This document shows, piece after piece, positions 21,759 through 35,771 of a stretch of 64,000 nt of DNA. A model generated the notes under the pieces. It was not told where the DNA came from and did not search any database. It saw only the letters and a program-made list of their open reading frames with translations. Positions within the stretch are counted from its first letter, which is position 1; the number at the start of each line of letters is the position of its first letter. The translations under genes were made by a program, and so were the position numbers. Source of the DNA: Coraliomargarita sp. (GTDB lineage Bacteria; Verrucomicrobiota; Verrucomicrobiia; Opitutales; Coraliomargaritaceae); assembly GCA_965216325.1 (NCBI GenBank), contig OZ244160.1, forward strand, positions 96,001 through 160,000, written 5' to 3'.

Positions 21759-22871
21759 ATGGAAGCGTCTTCTTACTCGATTACGTTGGCTGATTCGGCC
21801 AGCACCAGTTCACATCCATGGCTGCCGAAGTCGGCACTGAGTTTTCCAAAAGGGGAGCCACCGCATGCGACAGCCGCGACTTTGGTCGATGCCCAGGGGC
21901 AGTCGCTCGGCAGTGGCCTCTATGATCCACGTGATCCGCTGGGGGCTTGGCGGCGCTTCAGCTGGGGCGAAGCGGTGGCGTTTGACGAAAGCTATATCGC
22001 GGCGACCATCCACGAGGCTTTGGGGCGTCGTGGTGAAGAATCGTGCCGCCGCTTGATTAGTTCTGACGCGGATTATTTACCTGGTCTGATTGTCGAGCAG
22101 TTTGAAGATCTAATTTTGATCGAGACACAAACAGCTGCAGTTGAGCAGCACCAGTCGTTGGTGGCGGAAATTCTAAAGGAATGCTACGCGCCGCAAGAGA
22201 TGGTGCTTATCAATCAGGTGGGTGAGCGTCGCACGCTGAGTGGCAATAATCTTAAGGGGCGCTGGGTTGAGTTGGATGGTCTCTCGTATCGTATCGACCC
22301 GCTGAACGTAGAGAAAGCACGACTCTATTTGGATCAGCGCGAGCAATACTCGTTGGTTGGCAGTCTATGTGAAGGTCGCCATGTGCTCGATTGTTTTGCG
22401 CATAGTGGTGCTTTTGCGCTGCAGGCGATGCATTGTGGCGCCGACTTGGCAGTTGCGGTCGACGCCAATCATTTCTGCGCGAAAGCCATTGGTGCGAATG
22501 CTCAGAAGAATGGTCTCGTCGTTGAGGCAATCCATGCAGGGGTGGATGAGGTCTTGGATCGTTGTGACCCCGGAGCCTTTGATGCGATCGTTTTTGATCC
22601 GCCCGAGCAGTTCTCCGCGAATGCAGAAGCTTTGGAAGCGATGCACCGTAAGGCCTTTGCAATCCTTCCGCCAGGGGGCGTTTTGGCAACGTATTGCCGT
22701 GGCTCGGCTCTAGAGGCGGCTGAGTTTGATCAGATTGTATCGAATGCAGCTGCTGCAATGGGCCGCGAGGGGCGCATCTTCGCTCGCATCAGCCAACCTT
22801 TCGATTTTCCTGTGCTGTTAAATCTGCCGGAAAGTCGTTCGTTGAAGGGGCTAATCCTGCAGGTTGAGTGA
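21759..22871 (+). CDS. RlmI-like class I SAM-dependent methyltransferase
   Basis: HPW, SDADYLPGLIVE, YLDQRE, VLDCFAHSGAF and FDPP motifs. Start set at ATG 21759. Confidence 0.8.
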   Translation: MEASSYSITLADSASTSSHPWLPKSALSFPKGEPPHATAATLVDAQGQSLGSGLYDPRDPLGAWRRFSWGEAVAFDESYIAATIHEALGRRGEESCRRLISSDADYLPGLIVEQFEDLILIETQTAAVEQHQSLVAEILKECYAPQEMVLINQVGERRTLSGNNLKGRWVELDGLSYRIDPLNVEKARLYLDQREQYSLVGSLCEGRHVLDCFAHSGAFALQAMHCGADLAVAVDANHFCAKAIGANAQKNGLVVEAIHAGVDEVLDRCDPGAFDAIVFDPPEQFSANAEALEAMHRKAFAILPPGGVLATYCRGSALEAAEFDQIVSNAAAAMGREGRIFARISQPFDFPVLLNLPESRSLKGLILQVE

Positions 22872-22884
22872 ATCTAGTCTGCGC

Positions 22885-23757
22885 TTAGTGGATACGTTCA
22901 CCCATTGCTTGAATTAGACTCACCAAGAATTCGGTGTTCCCCCCAAGTGCTTCGCACAGCTCAATGGCTTTGTGTGTGTGAGCGTTTGCCTGTTCGCGCG
23001 CGCCGTCGATACCGTGGAGCGCGACGTAGGTCGATTTGTCGGCTGCGGCGTCGTTGCCGACCGGTTTGCCCATGGCTTCGGCGCTGGAGGTCGCATCGAG
23101 AATGTCGTCGATGACTTGAAAGGCCATGCCGAGTTCGTAGCCGATCTGGCGCATCTGTGCGATGTGTTGGTCGCTTGGATTACCAAAGTGTAGGCCCATC
23201 ATGAGTGCAGCAGTTAGCAAGGCTGCGGTCTTATTTTCGTGAATGAAGCGGAGTGTGTCGGCGTCGATCGGTTTGCCTTCATTTTCGATGTCCTCCATCT
23301 GGCCGCCGATCAGTTGTTGGCTACTGGAGGCCTCAGCAAGCTCGCTTATCAGTGCGGTAGCGAGTGCAGGGGTGTCGCGGTATGCCTTGGATAACAGTTG
23401 AAAGGCATAGGTGAGGAGGGCGTCGCCTGCGAGCACAGCGGTGGCTTCGTCGAACTGCACATGGCAGGAGGGGCGACCACGGCGAAGGTCGCTATCATCG
23501 ATCGAGGGCAGATCATCGTGGATCAGTGTGTAGGTGTGCAGGCATTCGATTGCGACTGCGGCGGCAACCGGATCCGCTTGGCTTGGAAACAGCTCGCTGG
23601 CAGCGATGAGTAACACAGGGCGCAAGCGCTTGCCGCCAGCTTCCATCGAATAACGCATGGCCGCGTGGAGGTTCGCTGGACGCGTCTCTGCGCTGGGTAG
23701 GAGATTGTCAATCCCTTGCTCGACACGTTGTTGGTAGCTGAGTAATTTTTCTTTCAA
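22885..23757 (-). CDS. ispA: polyprenyl (farnesyl/geranylgeranyl) diphosphate synthase
   Basis: GGKRLRP, LIHDDLPSIDDSDLRRGRP, GQMED, KT and FQVIDDILD motifs. Confidence 0.9.
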   Translation of the reverse strand: MKEKLLSYQQRVEQGIDNLLPSAETRPANLHAAMRYSMEAGGKRLRPVLLIAASELFPSQADPVAAAVAIECLHTYTLIHDDLPSIDDSDLRRGRPSCHVQFDEATAVLAGDALLTYAFQLLSKAYRDTPALATALISELAEASSSQQLIGGQMEDIENEGKPIDADTLRFIHENKTAALLTAALMMGLHFGNPSDQHIAQMRQIGYELGMAFQVIDDILDATSSAEAMGKPVGNDAAADKSTYVALHGIDGAREQANAHTHKAIELCEALGGNTEFLVSLIQAMGERIH

Positions 23758-23794
23758 TACGTTATCCTCTGGGATAGCTGTATTGAATCCAGCT

Positions 23795-24391
23795 ATGAAG
23801 GAAACCCCAATTTTTGAAGAACTGTGTATCCGCTTAGTGCGTCAACCGCAAGTGGGACTGAAGCTGCTGATTGGAGGGCTGCTCTCGTTTGTCCCGGTCT
23901 TGAATCTGCTGGCTTTTGGTTACCTCTACCGACTGACACTAAAAGTGCGGCAGACGGGTCGTTTTGAGTTACCTAATTGGGAGGACTGGAGTGGGCTCTT
24001 TCGCGATGGCATCCGCTTTGCGATCCCTTGGCTTGCATATTGGCTGGTGCCGGTAGGTGGCGGCTTTGTGCTCGCCTCGATTCTTGGGAGTATTGGACTC
24101 GGTGCTTTATCTTACCTTCTGTTTAGTGTCATCTTGGCACTGTCGCCTGTGTTTTTGGGAGCTGCTTTATTCCGAGTGCAGGCGCGTAATGATTTTAAGG
24201 CCTTGCTGGATGTCGTTTTAATTCTACGCCTAAGTGTCTTGCAGTGGAGTCGTATGTTGGTGCCGATTTTGACATTCGCGGGTTTGTTATTTGTCGCAGG
24301 CCCATTGTATGGTTTTTCAATGTTTATCGGTTTTGTTTTAATACTTACTTACACGACGTATACATTTAGTGCATTAGAATCTCGCCGTTAG
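23795..24391 (+). CDS. DUF4013-like membrane protein
   Basis: KLLIGGLL..VP.LN..GY and LPNWEDW..LF.DG pattern; several TM helices. Confidence 0.65.
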   Translation: MKETPIFEELCIRLVRQPQVGLKLLIGGLLSFVPVLNLLAFGYLYRLTLKVRQTGRFELPNWEDWSGLFRDGIRFAIPWLAYWLVPVGGGFVLASILGSIGLGALSYLLFSVILALSPVFLGAALFRVQARNDFKALLDVVLILRLSVLQWSRMLVPILTFAGLLFVAGPLYGFSMFIGFVLILTYTTYTFSALESRR

Positions 24392-24424
24392 AATACATGG
24401 TAATGTTCACTTGGATATATTTTT

Positions 24425-25120
24425 ATGACTAAATCAAATGATAAGGGACCGGGGATTGTGAGTATTGCAATCGCTGGTATGATGATGGCAGCGATTGGTG
24501 CCTTTGCTGGGGTGGTTTTTATGGCTACATATCCGATTCAGGCTTTTTCTAGTCAGGCTGAGCTGGATCGCCATTTAGAAGAGGGCGATGAAGAGGCGCA
24601 TTTGGTTCAACCCAGAGAGGTTTACTACATTGAAGGGCCAGATCGTAGTAGCGTTAGCTGGCAGCAAGTGCGTAAAGACATTTTGGATGGGCGCAAAGAT
24701 GTGATCGATTTGCCAGCTGGTGTCATTAATACGTGGTTGAGTTCCAATTTCCAGATCGGCCATGCTGGGGAGGGCTCTTCGAGTGGTATCATGGTCTTAC
24801 CTGGGATGCCTAAAGTGTCTTCGTTGCAAACGGGGGAGGTATTCCTCAGCATGCCGATAGAATTTAAAGTGTATGGAACCAGCTATAATCGCACCTATGT
24901 CGTGATCGGACATATTGATCAAACGACTCGCCCCAAATTTGTGATCGACCAAATACAACTCGATTGTGCGAGCATTCCGGTTCTTGGCGTGGGCGAGTTG
25001 TTACATCAGCGTTTAGTTTCCATTTTTAGCGGAACTGATGAGTTTAAACAGCTTGCAGCTGCACTGGCTGAATTCAGTTCGGTAGAGGTCGGTGATAATA
25101 GTTTCCGTCTAAGGCGTTAA
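24425..25120 (+). CDS. hypothetical protein with N-terminal TM anchor
   Basis: 231-aa ORF in a co-directional run; hydrophobic aa 10-35; no motif recognised. Confidence 0.7.
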   Translation: MTKSNDKGPGIVSIAIAGMMMAAIGAFAGVVFMATYPIQAFSSQAELDRHLEEGDEEAHLVQPREVYYIEGPDRSSVSWQQVRKDILDGRKDVIDLPAGVINTWLSSNFQIGHAGEGSSSGIMVLPGMPKVSSLQTGEVFLSMPIEFKVYGTSYNRTYVVIGHIDQTTRPKFVIDQIQLDCASIPVLGVGELLHQRLVSIFSGTDEFKQLAAALAEFSSVEVGDNSFRLRR

Positions 25121-25136
25121 GCTGACTTCTTGACGT

Positions 25137-26270
25137 ATGCTCTCTCTACGCAGTTTGCTTGTTGCGCTCTGTGCTCTGCTGGGGCTCGTCCACGCGGACG
25201 ATAGAACACGTGTTCGCACCATCGAGGGGCCGCATTTCAATCTCGTAGGTGCAGATGCTCGATCACTTTCCTATGTCGAGGCTCTGATTGATAGTCTCAC
25301 CTCAGTTGGCGAAAAATACTTGAAAGAGGCTCCTTTGGATTTTGAGCCCAAGGTGTATGTCGCTTTGCGCCCTGAAGAGCACGTGAGTTTTGAGGGCGAT
25401 TACAGGGTCACGCAAGATGTTTCCAAGGTTAATCTGGACTTTAATTGGTCGCAAGATTTGGCCTTGGAGACTGTGTGTTATGCATTGGCTGAGGCATATT
25501 TGAAGCAGTATTCAATTTATAGATACGGGCCTCAAGGGCCGCGGTCGATGCGTGCTTGGGTCGTCTCGGCATTCGCGTATCAGACTTACTTGCGTCTACG
25601 GCCGGCTGCTTATATCGGCATAGTCGAGCATGCACGCACGCAGCGCACCCCTGTATGTGCGGAATTGTTTTCCTATACTTTGGCTGGTGAACCTAGAACT
25701 CGTGATTTGGAGCGGGGCTACTGGGTCCTTCAGATTATGCGTTCGTCAGGTTTTTCTCGTTCGGACATTGCCTATTACTGTGAGCGGGCAGTGGCCGGAG
25801 ATAATATCCATATGGCATTAGAGGCGTCATTGCAGCCTGCTGGTTCTGATGAACTCGTTGTTGCTCTACAAGATTGGTGGAATTTCAACTGGCGTGAACT
25901 GATGAGTGCACAGCTTGAGCGTTTTGAGTCTATGGATGAATCTCGGCAGTGGATTGGTGTTCTGGCCAATTTTTCCGGCTACAATGAAGACGGACCGGAG
26001 CTAAAGAATCTGCGCTCTCTTTGGGAATATCGTGAGAATGAGGCCTTGCGGGAAACGCTCCAAGCCAGACTGGAGTTGATCCGCTTACGTGTGGTTCAAG
26101 TAAACCCTGGGTATTTTAATGCAGCTCGATCTCTCGGAGCGTTGTATGAAACGGTTTTAGACTCAGACAAACAATTTGAGTTTGTTCGTGCCTTGACTGT
26201 CTATCTAAGGGACTTCGAAGACACGAAGCGTATGCATGTCGAAGTCTTGGATGAGCTTGATGCGCTCTAA
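25137..26270 (+). CDS. hypothetical exported protein
   Basis: 377-aa ORF with a signal peptide ending VHA; no family recognised. Confidence 0.7.
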   Translation: MLSLRSLLVALCALLGLVHADDRTRVRTIEGPHFNLVGADARSLSYVEALIDSLTSVGEKYLKEAPLDFEPKVYVALRPEEHVSFEGDYRVTQDVSKVNLDFNWSQDLALETVCYALAEAYLKQYSIYRYGPQGPRSMRAWVVSAFAYQTYLRLRPAAYIGIVEHARTQRTPVCAELFSYTLAGEPRTRDLERGYWVLQIMRSSGFSRSDIAYYCERAVAGDNIHMALEASLQPAGSDELVVALQDWWNFNWRELMSAQLERFESMDESRQWIGVLANFSGYNEDGPELKNLRSLWEYRENEALRETLQARLELIRLRVVQVNPGYFNAARSLGALYETVLDSDKQFEFVRALTVYLRDFEDTKRMHVEVLDELDAL

Positions 26271-28498
26271 TTATTCAGCGCAGCAAGCACTTCGTCGATC
26301 GACTTTGCCGACTTGATGCGCTCGCGTGAACGCTCTGCGCGGCAGTTGCGGGCGATATCTGCCAGAGTGGCTAGATGGCCATCGCTGTCGCCTTCGGGGC
26401 TAATTAAGAAGAAAACGAACTCAATGTCTTCGTCTTGCCCTGGGATATCGATACCTTTGGACAGATGGGCGACGAAGCAAACGCGTTGGTCCAAGTCTTT
26501 GCAGTAAATATGTGGAATTGCGATGCCGTGCCCCAGAAAGGCGGGGAAGACTTTGCTCTGATCGCCAAGTTTATCGAGCACGAGCTCCGTTGAGATGTCT
26601 TCAATACGTGTGGATGCCGCTTCAGCGAGGTCTTGGTAGAGGTATTCAATACTATCGCTGCGGAGTTGCAGGAAGTCTCCACTTTGCACAGCTCGGCGCA
26701 GGAAGCCCTCTGAGCGGCGAAGGCAGATTACCAAATCATCCGGTTTCGCCATTTCTTTGAGTGCACTGTCTTGCGGCACTGCTTTGAGCTGTTTGCCACG
26801 AAGAATGTAGAGTGGGTGCCAGTCGCCAGAGGGGAGAGTCGTGCCTTCCTCCCATGTGACTGTTTCAAAGCTGCTCTCACCTTGTAGGAGCTCACCACCA
26901 ATAACTGCGGGGCGTGATAGATCACCGAATACAGCTTGTCCGGTTAATTGGTCTTCTTTGGTTGAGCTGTCGCTTGGTACCCAGCCAAAGACTTTTTCGG
27001 TGTCGAGCACTTCGCCCCAACGTTGCATTAGTAGTTGATTCAATTCGACATTATCGGTAAGCGCGAGCGCGTAGCCTGCGCCATAGAGTGCTTCCTCGTC
27101 TTCGTAGAGTTCTTCCGCCTCCATGCCGTCTCGGTGATAGGCTTCCAGACCTTCTTTCCGGGCGATGGCAATATTGCGCGCGTTGCTATCGAGTAGGATA
27201 ACTTTTTGGTCTTCGTATTTGGTTAACTGCGTTGCGAGTTCGCGACCAAAATAGTGGGCACCAATAATGACCCACTCGTTGGGTGCGGGGCGTTGCAGTC
27301 CGAGCAACTTGGCCACAAGACCTGCCGACATGCCTTGAATTAGAACGGTTGCGCAGATCACCGAGAATACGAACGATTCGATTAAGGCGGGATCACCTAT
27401 TGGGTTGGGCTTGCTGGAGAGTGTCAACGCAAACAAAGAGGCCATCGACGCTGCAACCACTCCGCGTGGTGCCACCCAGCTTAAGAGAGCTTTTTCGCGT
27501 AGGTTGAGTGAGGTGCCCCAGGCGGAGAGCATGACGCTCAGGGGGCGAATGATGAGAATTACTGAAAGCAGGATCCAGCCACCGCCGATCTCAAAGAAAT
27601 CGATGAACTGGTCAAAGCGCAGGCGCGAAACCAAGAGCAAAAATAGCATCCCAATCATCAGGTCGACGATCTCGGCTTTGAAGGCTTTCACTTCGCGTAA
27701 CTGTCGTGGTTTCTTTAAGCCTACAATGAGGCCTGCAATCGTCACAGAGAGCAGGCCGGCTTCTGGTTTTACGAGTTCGGTTGCGCCAAAGATCAGCATC
27801 GCACTGGCGACCGAGAAGGCATTGACAATACTGTCCGGCACCCAGCCATGCTTCATCATCCAATAGATGCCATAGCCACCGAAGGTTCCGATCCCCACAC
27901 CGCTGATAACTCGGATCAAAAAGTTTGGAAGTGCCACCGTGCCGCCGCCTTCGACCACCCACTCAAAGCACAAGATCGCAATGAAAACACCAATGGAGTC
28001 AATCAACACGCCTTCCCAATGTAAAATACTGCAGAGCTTCTGGTGCGTGCGAATCCTGCGCAGCATTGGCACGATCACGGTGGGGCCGGTTACGATCACC
28101 AGACTGCCCATCAGCAGTGCAAAGGAGGGGGTGGTATCAAATACTAAGTAGGCGCTGAGTGCTGCGCCAAGCCACGTCACGATGACACCTACCGTTAGCA
28201 GGCGTTTAATCACCGGTGAGGTGTGTGAGAATTCTTTTAGGTCGAGTGTCAGACCACCTTCAAAGAGAATCAGCCCAATCGCCAGTGAAACGATCATCGG
28301 CAGTGTGTTGCCGAGTGCATCGGGATTGAGTAGGCCCAAGCCCTCTGGTCCGAGCGCAAATCCTCCTAGTAGTAGCAGCACAATCGTCGGTAGATGTGCT
28401 TTGCGTGAGAGCACAGTCAGTAGACATCCGGCACCGATTGCCAGACAGAGAGCCCAGAGGGGTTCCTGACCGTGTGCTGCTGCAGCGAGTGGAAACAT
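26267..28498 (-). CDS. cation:proton antiporter (CPA1) with RCK_N/TrkA-N and C-terminal PTS EIIA domain
   Basis: ILFEGGL, VTGPTV, WEGVLID and APRGVVAAS CPA1 motifs; IIGAH Rossmann start; C-terminal GHGIAIPH...HLATLADIA EIIA(Fru/Ntr) motif. Confidence 0.88.
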   Translation of the reverse strand: MFPLAAAAHGQEPLWALCLAIGAGCLLTVLSRKAHLPTIVLLLLGGFALGPEGLGLLNPDALGNTLPMIVSLAIGLILFEGGLTLDLKEFSHTSPVIKRLLTVGVIVTWLGAALSAYLVFDTTPSFALLMGSLVIVTGPTVIVPMLRRIRTHQKLCSILHWEGVLIDSIGVFIAILCFEWVVEGGGTVALPNFLIRVISGVGIGTFGGYGIYWMMKHGWVPDSIVNAFSVASAMLIFGATELVKPEAGLLSVTIAGLIVGLKKPRQLREVKAFKAEIVDLMIGMLFLLLVSRLRFDQFIDFFEIGGGWILLSVILIIRPLSVMLSAWGTSLNLREKALLSWVAPRGVVAASMASLFALTLSSKPNPIGDPALIESFVFSVICATVLIQGMSAGLVAKLLGLQRPAPNEWVIIGAHYFGRELATQLTKYEDQKVILLDSNARNIAIARKEGLEAYHRDGMEAEELYEDEEALYGAGYALALTDNVELNQLLMQRWGEVLDTEKVFGWVPSDSSTKEDQLTGQAVFGDLSRPAVIGGELLQGESSFETVTWEEGTTLPSGDWHPLYILRGKQLKAVPQDSALKEMAKPDDLVICLRRSEGFLRRAVQSGDFLQLRSDSIEYLYQDLAEAASTRIEDISTELVLDKLGDQSKVFPAFLGHGIAIPHIYCKDLDQRVCFVAHLSKGIDIPGQDEDIEFVFFLISPEGDSDGHLATLADIARNCRAERSRERIKSAKSIDEVLAALNN

Positions 28499-28572
28499 GT
28501 TGAGCTGTAAGTAGTGGTTTACTGGATACGAATCGTTGGCGTGCGTGTCGAGTGACTACGCTACGTAGCAAG

Positions 28573-29361
28573 CTATTCGTCGATTTGGTGACACATGCCC
28601 AAGGCCGGGGAGGCCTCGCTGGTCTTGCCAATTTGCTGAGCTGGCACACCGGCTACACTGGTATGCGGCGGCACATCCTTCAGCACGACGCTACCGGCTC
28701 CGACCTTGGCCCCTTCGCCAATTTCGACATTACCTAAGATCTTGGCGCCAGCGCCGAGTAGCACACCAGAGCGCACCTTCGGGTGACGGTCGCCGCGATC
28801 CTTGCCAGTTCCGCCTAATGTGACCTCATGCAGAATGGATACGTCGTGCTCGATAACCGCAGTTTCGCCAGCCACAAAGCCAGTTGCGTGGTCGAGCAGA
28901 ATGCCGCAATCAATTCGAGCTGCCGGGTGAATGTCGACAGCAAAGGTCTCGGAAATCAGGCTCTGTAAATATAGGGCGAGCTCTTTGCGGTCCTGCTTCC
29001 ACATATAGTGCCCGACGCGGTAGCAGACCAGCGCTTGAAAGCCCTTGAAATAAAGTAGGGGAGTGAGCACGTCCGGGCATGCTGGGTCACGCTCTTTGAC
29101 AGCATTCATGTCGCAGGCGATTTGCTGGAGGATAGTTGGGTCCATTGCAAAGGCCTCCATGAACAAGTCGTGTAGCACGTCGATCGACGTGGCGTGGTTT
29201 ACCAGCTTACGGGTGATTCGGTAAGTTAATGATTCCGCAAATGAACTGCGGTCGAGCACGGTTTCGTTCAGAAGAATCTCCAGAGCAGGCTCGCGCTCAA
29301 CGATGGCGCGTGCACCTTCGCGGATGGCAATCCAATAGGCCTCGATATCAATTTCCGGCAT
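28573..29361 (-). CDS. cysE: serine O-acetyltransferase
   Basis: RDPAC, KGFQAL, VDIHPAA, LDHATG and VTLGGTGKDRGDRHPK motifs. Start set at ATG 29361. Confidence 0.95.
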   Translation of the reverse strand: MPEIDIEAYWIAIREGARAIVEREPALEILLNETVLDRSSFAESLTYRITRKLVNHATSIDVLHDLFMEAFAMDPTILQQIACDMNAVKERDPACPDVLTPLLYFKGFQALVCYRVGHYMWKQDRKELALYLQSLISETFAVDIHPAARIDCGILLDHATGFVAGETAVIEHDVSILHEVTLGGTGKDRGDRHPKVRSGVLLGAGAKILGNVEIGEGAKVGAGSVVLKDVPPHTSVAGVPAQQIGKTSEASPALGMCHQIDE

Positions 29362-29508
29362 AGTATCAGTCTCAGTCTTGGTAGTTGAATCGCCAATACT
29401 TACCAGCATCGTGTAGCTGGCAACCACGCATCCAACAAAATTTCGGTGCTCGAATCGAGCGATTTGCATTGCTGAAGCGCTTTAGTTTGCCTGCCTTTAT
29501 TGGAGTAT

Positions 29509-30711
29509 ATGAGTCATTATCGCACAGTTGCCGTGATTGGAGGCGGGCCCGCAGGCTTACGTGTTGCGGAGCTGGCAGCGGCAGCCGGGCTTGAAGTCAC
29601 ACTTTTTGATGCCATGCCATCGGTTGGCCGCAAGTTTCTGGTAGCTGGTAAGAGTGGCTTGAATTTGACCAATGCAGCTGAGTTTGAGGCTTTTGTCGCG
29701 CAATACAATGGCACTGGCTTTCCGTCCGCGCTTTGGCGTGAGATGTTAACTGAATTTGATAATCAAGCACTGCGCTGTTGGGCAACAGGCTTGGGGATCG
29801 ACACGTTCGAGGCATCGAGCGGTAAAGTGTTTCCTGTTGAGAAGAAGGCGGCTCCGCTGCTGCGCCGCTGGGTGCTTCGATTGCGCGAGTTAGGGGTTAG
29901 TTTCAAAATGCGTCATCGTCTGCTGGCATTGAGTCCTGGGGAACCGATCGAACTTTCGTTTGAGCATGAAAGCGGCGCGAGTGCGCAGCGCTTTGATGCT
30001 GTGGTGCTTGCTTGTGGCGGTGCTTCGTGGTCGCAGACCGGATCCACCGGTGCTTGGACGCAGATACTTCAGGGCTTAGGTATTGGTGTGGTGCCCCTGA
30101 CTGCAGCTAATTGTGGCTGGGAGTGTGATTGGACGGATGCGACGCGCGAACTGGCTGAGGGGCGTCCCTTGCATAATCTACACATCCGTGCAGGCGATCA
30201 ACTGGCCGTGGGGGAGTTGATGGTCACACGCTATGGTTTCGAAGGCACCCCGATCTATGGACTCGGACCGGCGCTTCGTGCGATGGATGCACCTGCCATC
30301 GAGATTGACTTCAAGCCGACTTTCACCGTGGAGCGCCTGGTCCAGAAAATGGAGTCCGCACGCCGCAATTTTTATCATGAAGCGAAGCTACGGTGGAAGC
30401 TCAATGACACCGCGCGAGCGATTATCGAGCAACTTTACGGTGAATTCGATAATGCTGAGGACTTGGCTCGCATCGTGAAGGCCTGCCGGATCCCGCTCAA
30501 GGCACCACGCCCGCTCGCCGAGGCAATATCGACAGCCGGTGGAGTTGCTTGGGAGGAACTCGATGAGGCCTTGATGCTAAAACGGCTGCCGAATGTGTTT
30601 TGTGCAGGCGAGATGATTGATTGGGAGGCGCCCACTGGCGGCTTCTTGTTGCAGGGATGTTTTGCTACTGGAACCAGAGTGGGGCAGAGGCTCGCATTAC
30701 GTGCTTTTTGA
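29509..30711 (+). CDS. BaiN/HI0933-like flavoprotein (TIGR03862-like)
   Basis: [35 protein letters not shown] and [16 protein letters not shown] motifs. Confidence 0.88.
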   Translation: MSHYRTVAVIGGGPAGLRVAELAAAAGLEVTLFDAMPSVGRKFLVAGKSGLNLTNAAEFEAFVAQYNGTGFPSALWREMLTEFDNQALRCWATGLGIDTFEASSGKVFPVEKKAAPLLRRWVLRLRELGVSFKMRHRLLALSPGEPIELSFEHESGASAQRFDAVVLACGGASWSQTGSTGAWTQILQGLGIGVVPLTAANCGWECDWTDATRELAEGRPLHNLHIRAGDQLAVGELMVTRYGFEGTPIYGLGPALRAMDAPAIEIDFKPTFTVERLVQKMESARRNFYHEAKLRWKLNDTARAIIEQLYGEFDNAEDLARIVKACRIPLKAPRPLAEAISTAGGVAWEELDEALMLKRLPNVFCAGEMIDWEAPTGGFLLQGCFATGTRVGQRLALRAF

Positions 30712-30952
30712 TTGCATGTAAGTAGCTGACCTTAAGCGTGTTATTGGCTAATTGAATCGCCCTTGGCGGGTTTACTAAAAGTTTGTAAATGCTGCGTCAA
30801 GGTGGCGAAATTCATTGATAAGCCACTGGTGTGTAGCGTTTAATCTAAAGTATATTAAGCGTCATTCCCCTCTTCAGCTTGGTGCTTTGTTCTTAAATAG
30901 ATCTAGGTATATTAGCCTACTTAATGTGAACCCCCAACCCCAACCCCAACAA

Positions 30953-32038
30953 ATGTCATCATTTTCGATCTTGATCGTAGATGATAGTCGAGTGGACCGC
31001 GAAATCGTTTCTTTAGCCTGTGAGTCGCTGGATTGCGACCTTGATGTTGCTAGCAATGGCAAAGATGCTCTGGAGCTTTACGCGCAAAAAGGGCATACAA
31101 TTGTCCTGACCGACTATCAAATGCAGCCTGTAAATGGAACCAAGCTGGTTTCTGAAATACGTAAAATCGATCCGGAAGCCCGGTGCATTCTGATGTCTGG
31201 CTACCCCGATGCTGAGTTGATCCGCTATCTGGATTCCGACGAGCGCACCAAGTATATCCCCAAGCCGATACGGCCTGAAAATTTGCGCGAGCGTTTACGG
31301 GTTGCGATGAATCAGCATCGTGGTGCGACCGAAACACTCAGTGATATTGCGCTGACTAACCGAATGGACCAGTGCGTCGCGCTACTTGGCGAGAGCCCGG
31401 AGATTTGTAAGGTGCGCAAACGTCTTTCAGCGCTCATCCCACGCTCGATTCCGTTTATTCTCGAGGGACCGAATGGGGTCGGTAAGCCCGAGATCGCCGA
31501 GTTGATTCACCGCTATGGTCCCTTTGCTGAGAGCCGTTTTGTGGAGTTCGATTGTACCGGGGTCGACGAAACTCAGTTTCAGCAACAACTTATCGGTGAC
31601 GATGGGCGGGATGGCACTGTGCTTCAGAATGCTAAAGACGGGACTTTGGTTTTGCGCCATGTGGCGGATTTACCCATGACTTGTCAGGCTGTGCTAGCGA
31701 CTGCCTTCAAGCGGATTTCCAAGCAAACACATTTGATCTGTATGTTAGATGAGACGCTTGATGATCTGATGGATGGGGCGCGTTTGCATGATATGCTGTA
31801 TTTCGAGCTCTCACTAGAGACCCTGCATATTCCTGCATTGAGTGAACGTCCTGTGGATGTTGAGGCGATGGTGCGCTTTGTGGCCAACAATCCGAATCGC
31901 TTCAGTTTGGATCGCCAGCTGAGCTCGATTGAAATTGATGCTCAGGTTGCGATTTTACGCAAAACATACCTCGAGCGGAATGTGGAGGAATTGGTCGAGC
32001 GCGTGCAGGATATGTGTGCGGTTGAGCTGACTGCCTAA
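30953..32038 (+). CDS. response regulator with degenerate sigma54-activator-like AAA+ domain and no HTH
   Basis: REC motifs IVDD, TDYQM, MSG, KP; LLGESP and GPNGVGK Walker A. GAFTGA and Walker B are absent. Start set at ATG 30953. Confidence 0.8.
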   Translation: MSSFSILIVDDSRVDREIVSLACESLDCDLDVASNGKDALELYAQKGHTIVLTDYQMQPVNGTKLVSEIRKIDPEARCILMSGYPDAELIRYLDSDERTKYIPKPIRPENLRERLRVAMNQHRGATETLSDIALTNRMDQCVALLGESPEICKVRKRLSALIPRSIPFILEGPNGVGKPEIAELIHRYGPFAESRFVEFDCTGVDETQFQQQLIGDDGRDGTVLQNAKDGTLVLRHVADLPMTCQAVLATAFKRISKQTHLICMLDETLDDLMDGARLHDMLYFELSLETLHIPALSERPVDVEAMVRFVANNPNRFSLDRQLSSIEIDAQVAILRKTYLERNVEELVERVQDMCAVELTA

Positions 32039-32109
32039 GCAGATCTTGCACAAGTGTTTTTCCGCGAAAAGCGGCTGGACAAAACGTCTCAGGTTGCGAG
32101 CCTCTTCGG

Positions 32110-33171
<1,062 letters not shown>

Positions 33172-33188
33172 AGAGTCACAGAAGATTG

Positions 33189-33266
33189 GCCCACGAATGA
33201 CACGAATCAGCACGAATCCTTAAATACGTTTCTTAAAATTCGTGATAATTAGTGAGATTCGTGGGC
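33189..33266. repeat. periodic palindromic element (3 x CACGAAT) between pheS and pheT
   Basis: Left arm GCCCACGAAT-GACACGAAT-CAGCACGAAT; reverse complement of right arm GCCCACGAAT-CTCACTAAT-TATCACGAAT; 20-nt AT-rich spacer. Confidence 0.85.
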
Positions 33267-33279
33267 GAAAAGCATCCTA

Positions 33280-35755
<2,476 letters not shown>

Positions 35756-35771
35756 GGCGCCAGCCGCCCTG

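Noticed and set aside
30931..30950. (CCCCAA)3 tract as a phase-variation repeat
   Set aside because: Only three units, a multiple of 3 nt, and upstream of the likely start; too short to support slippage control.
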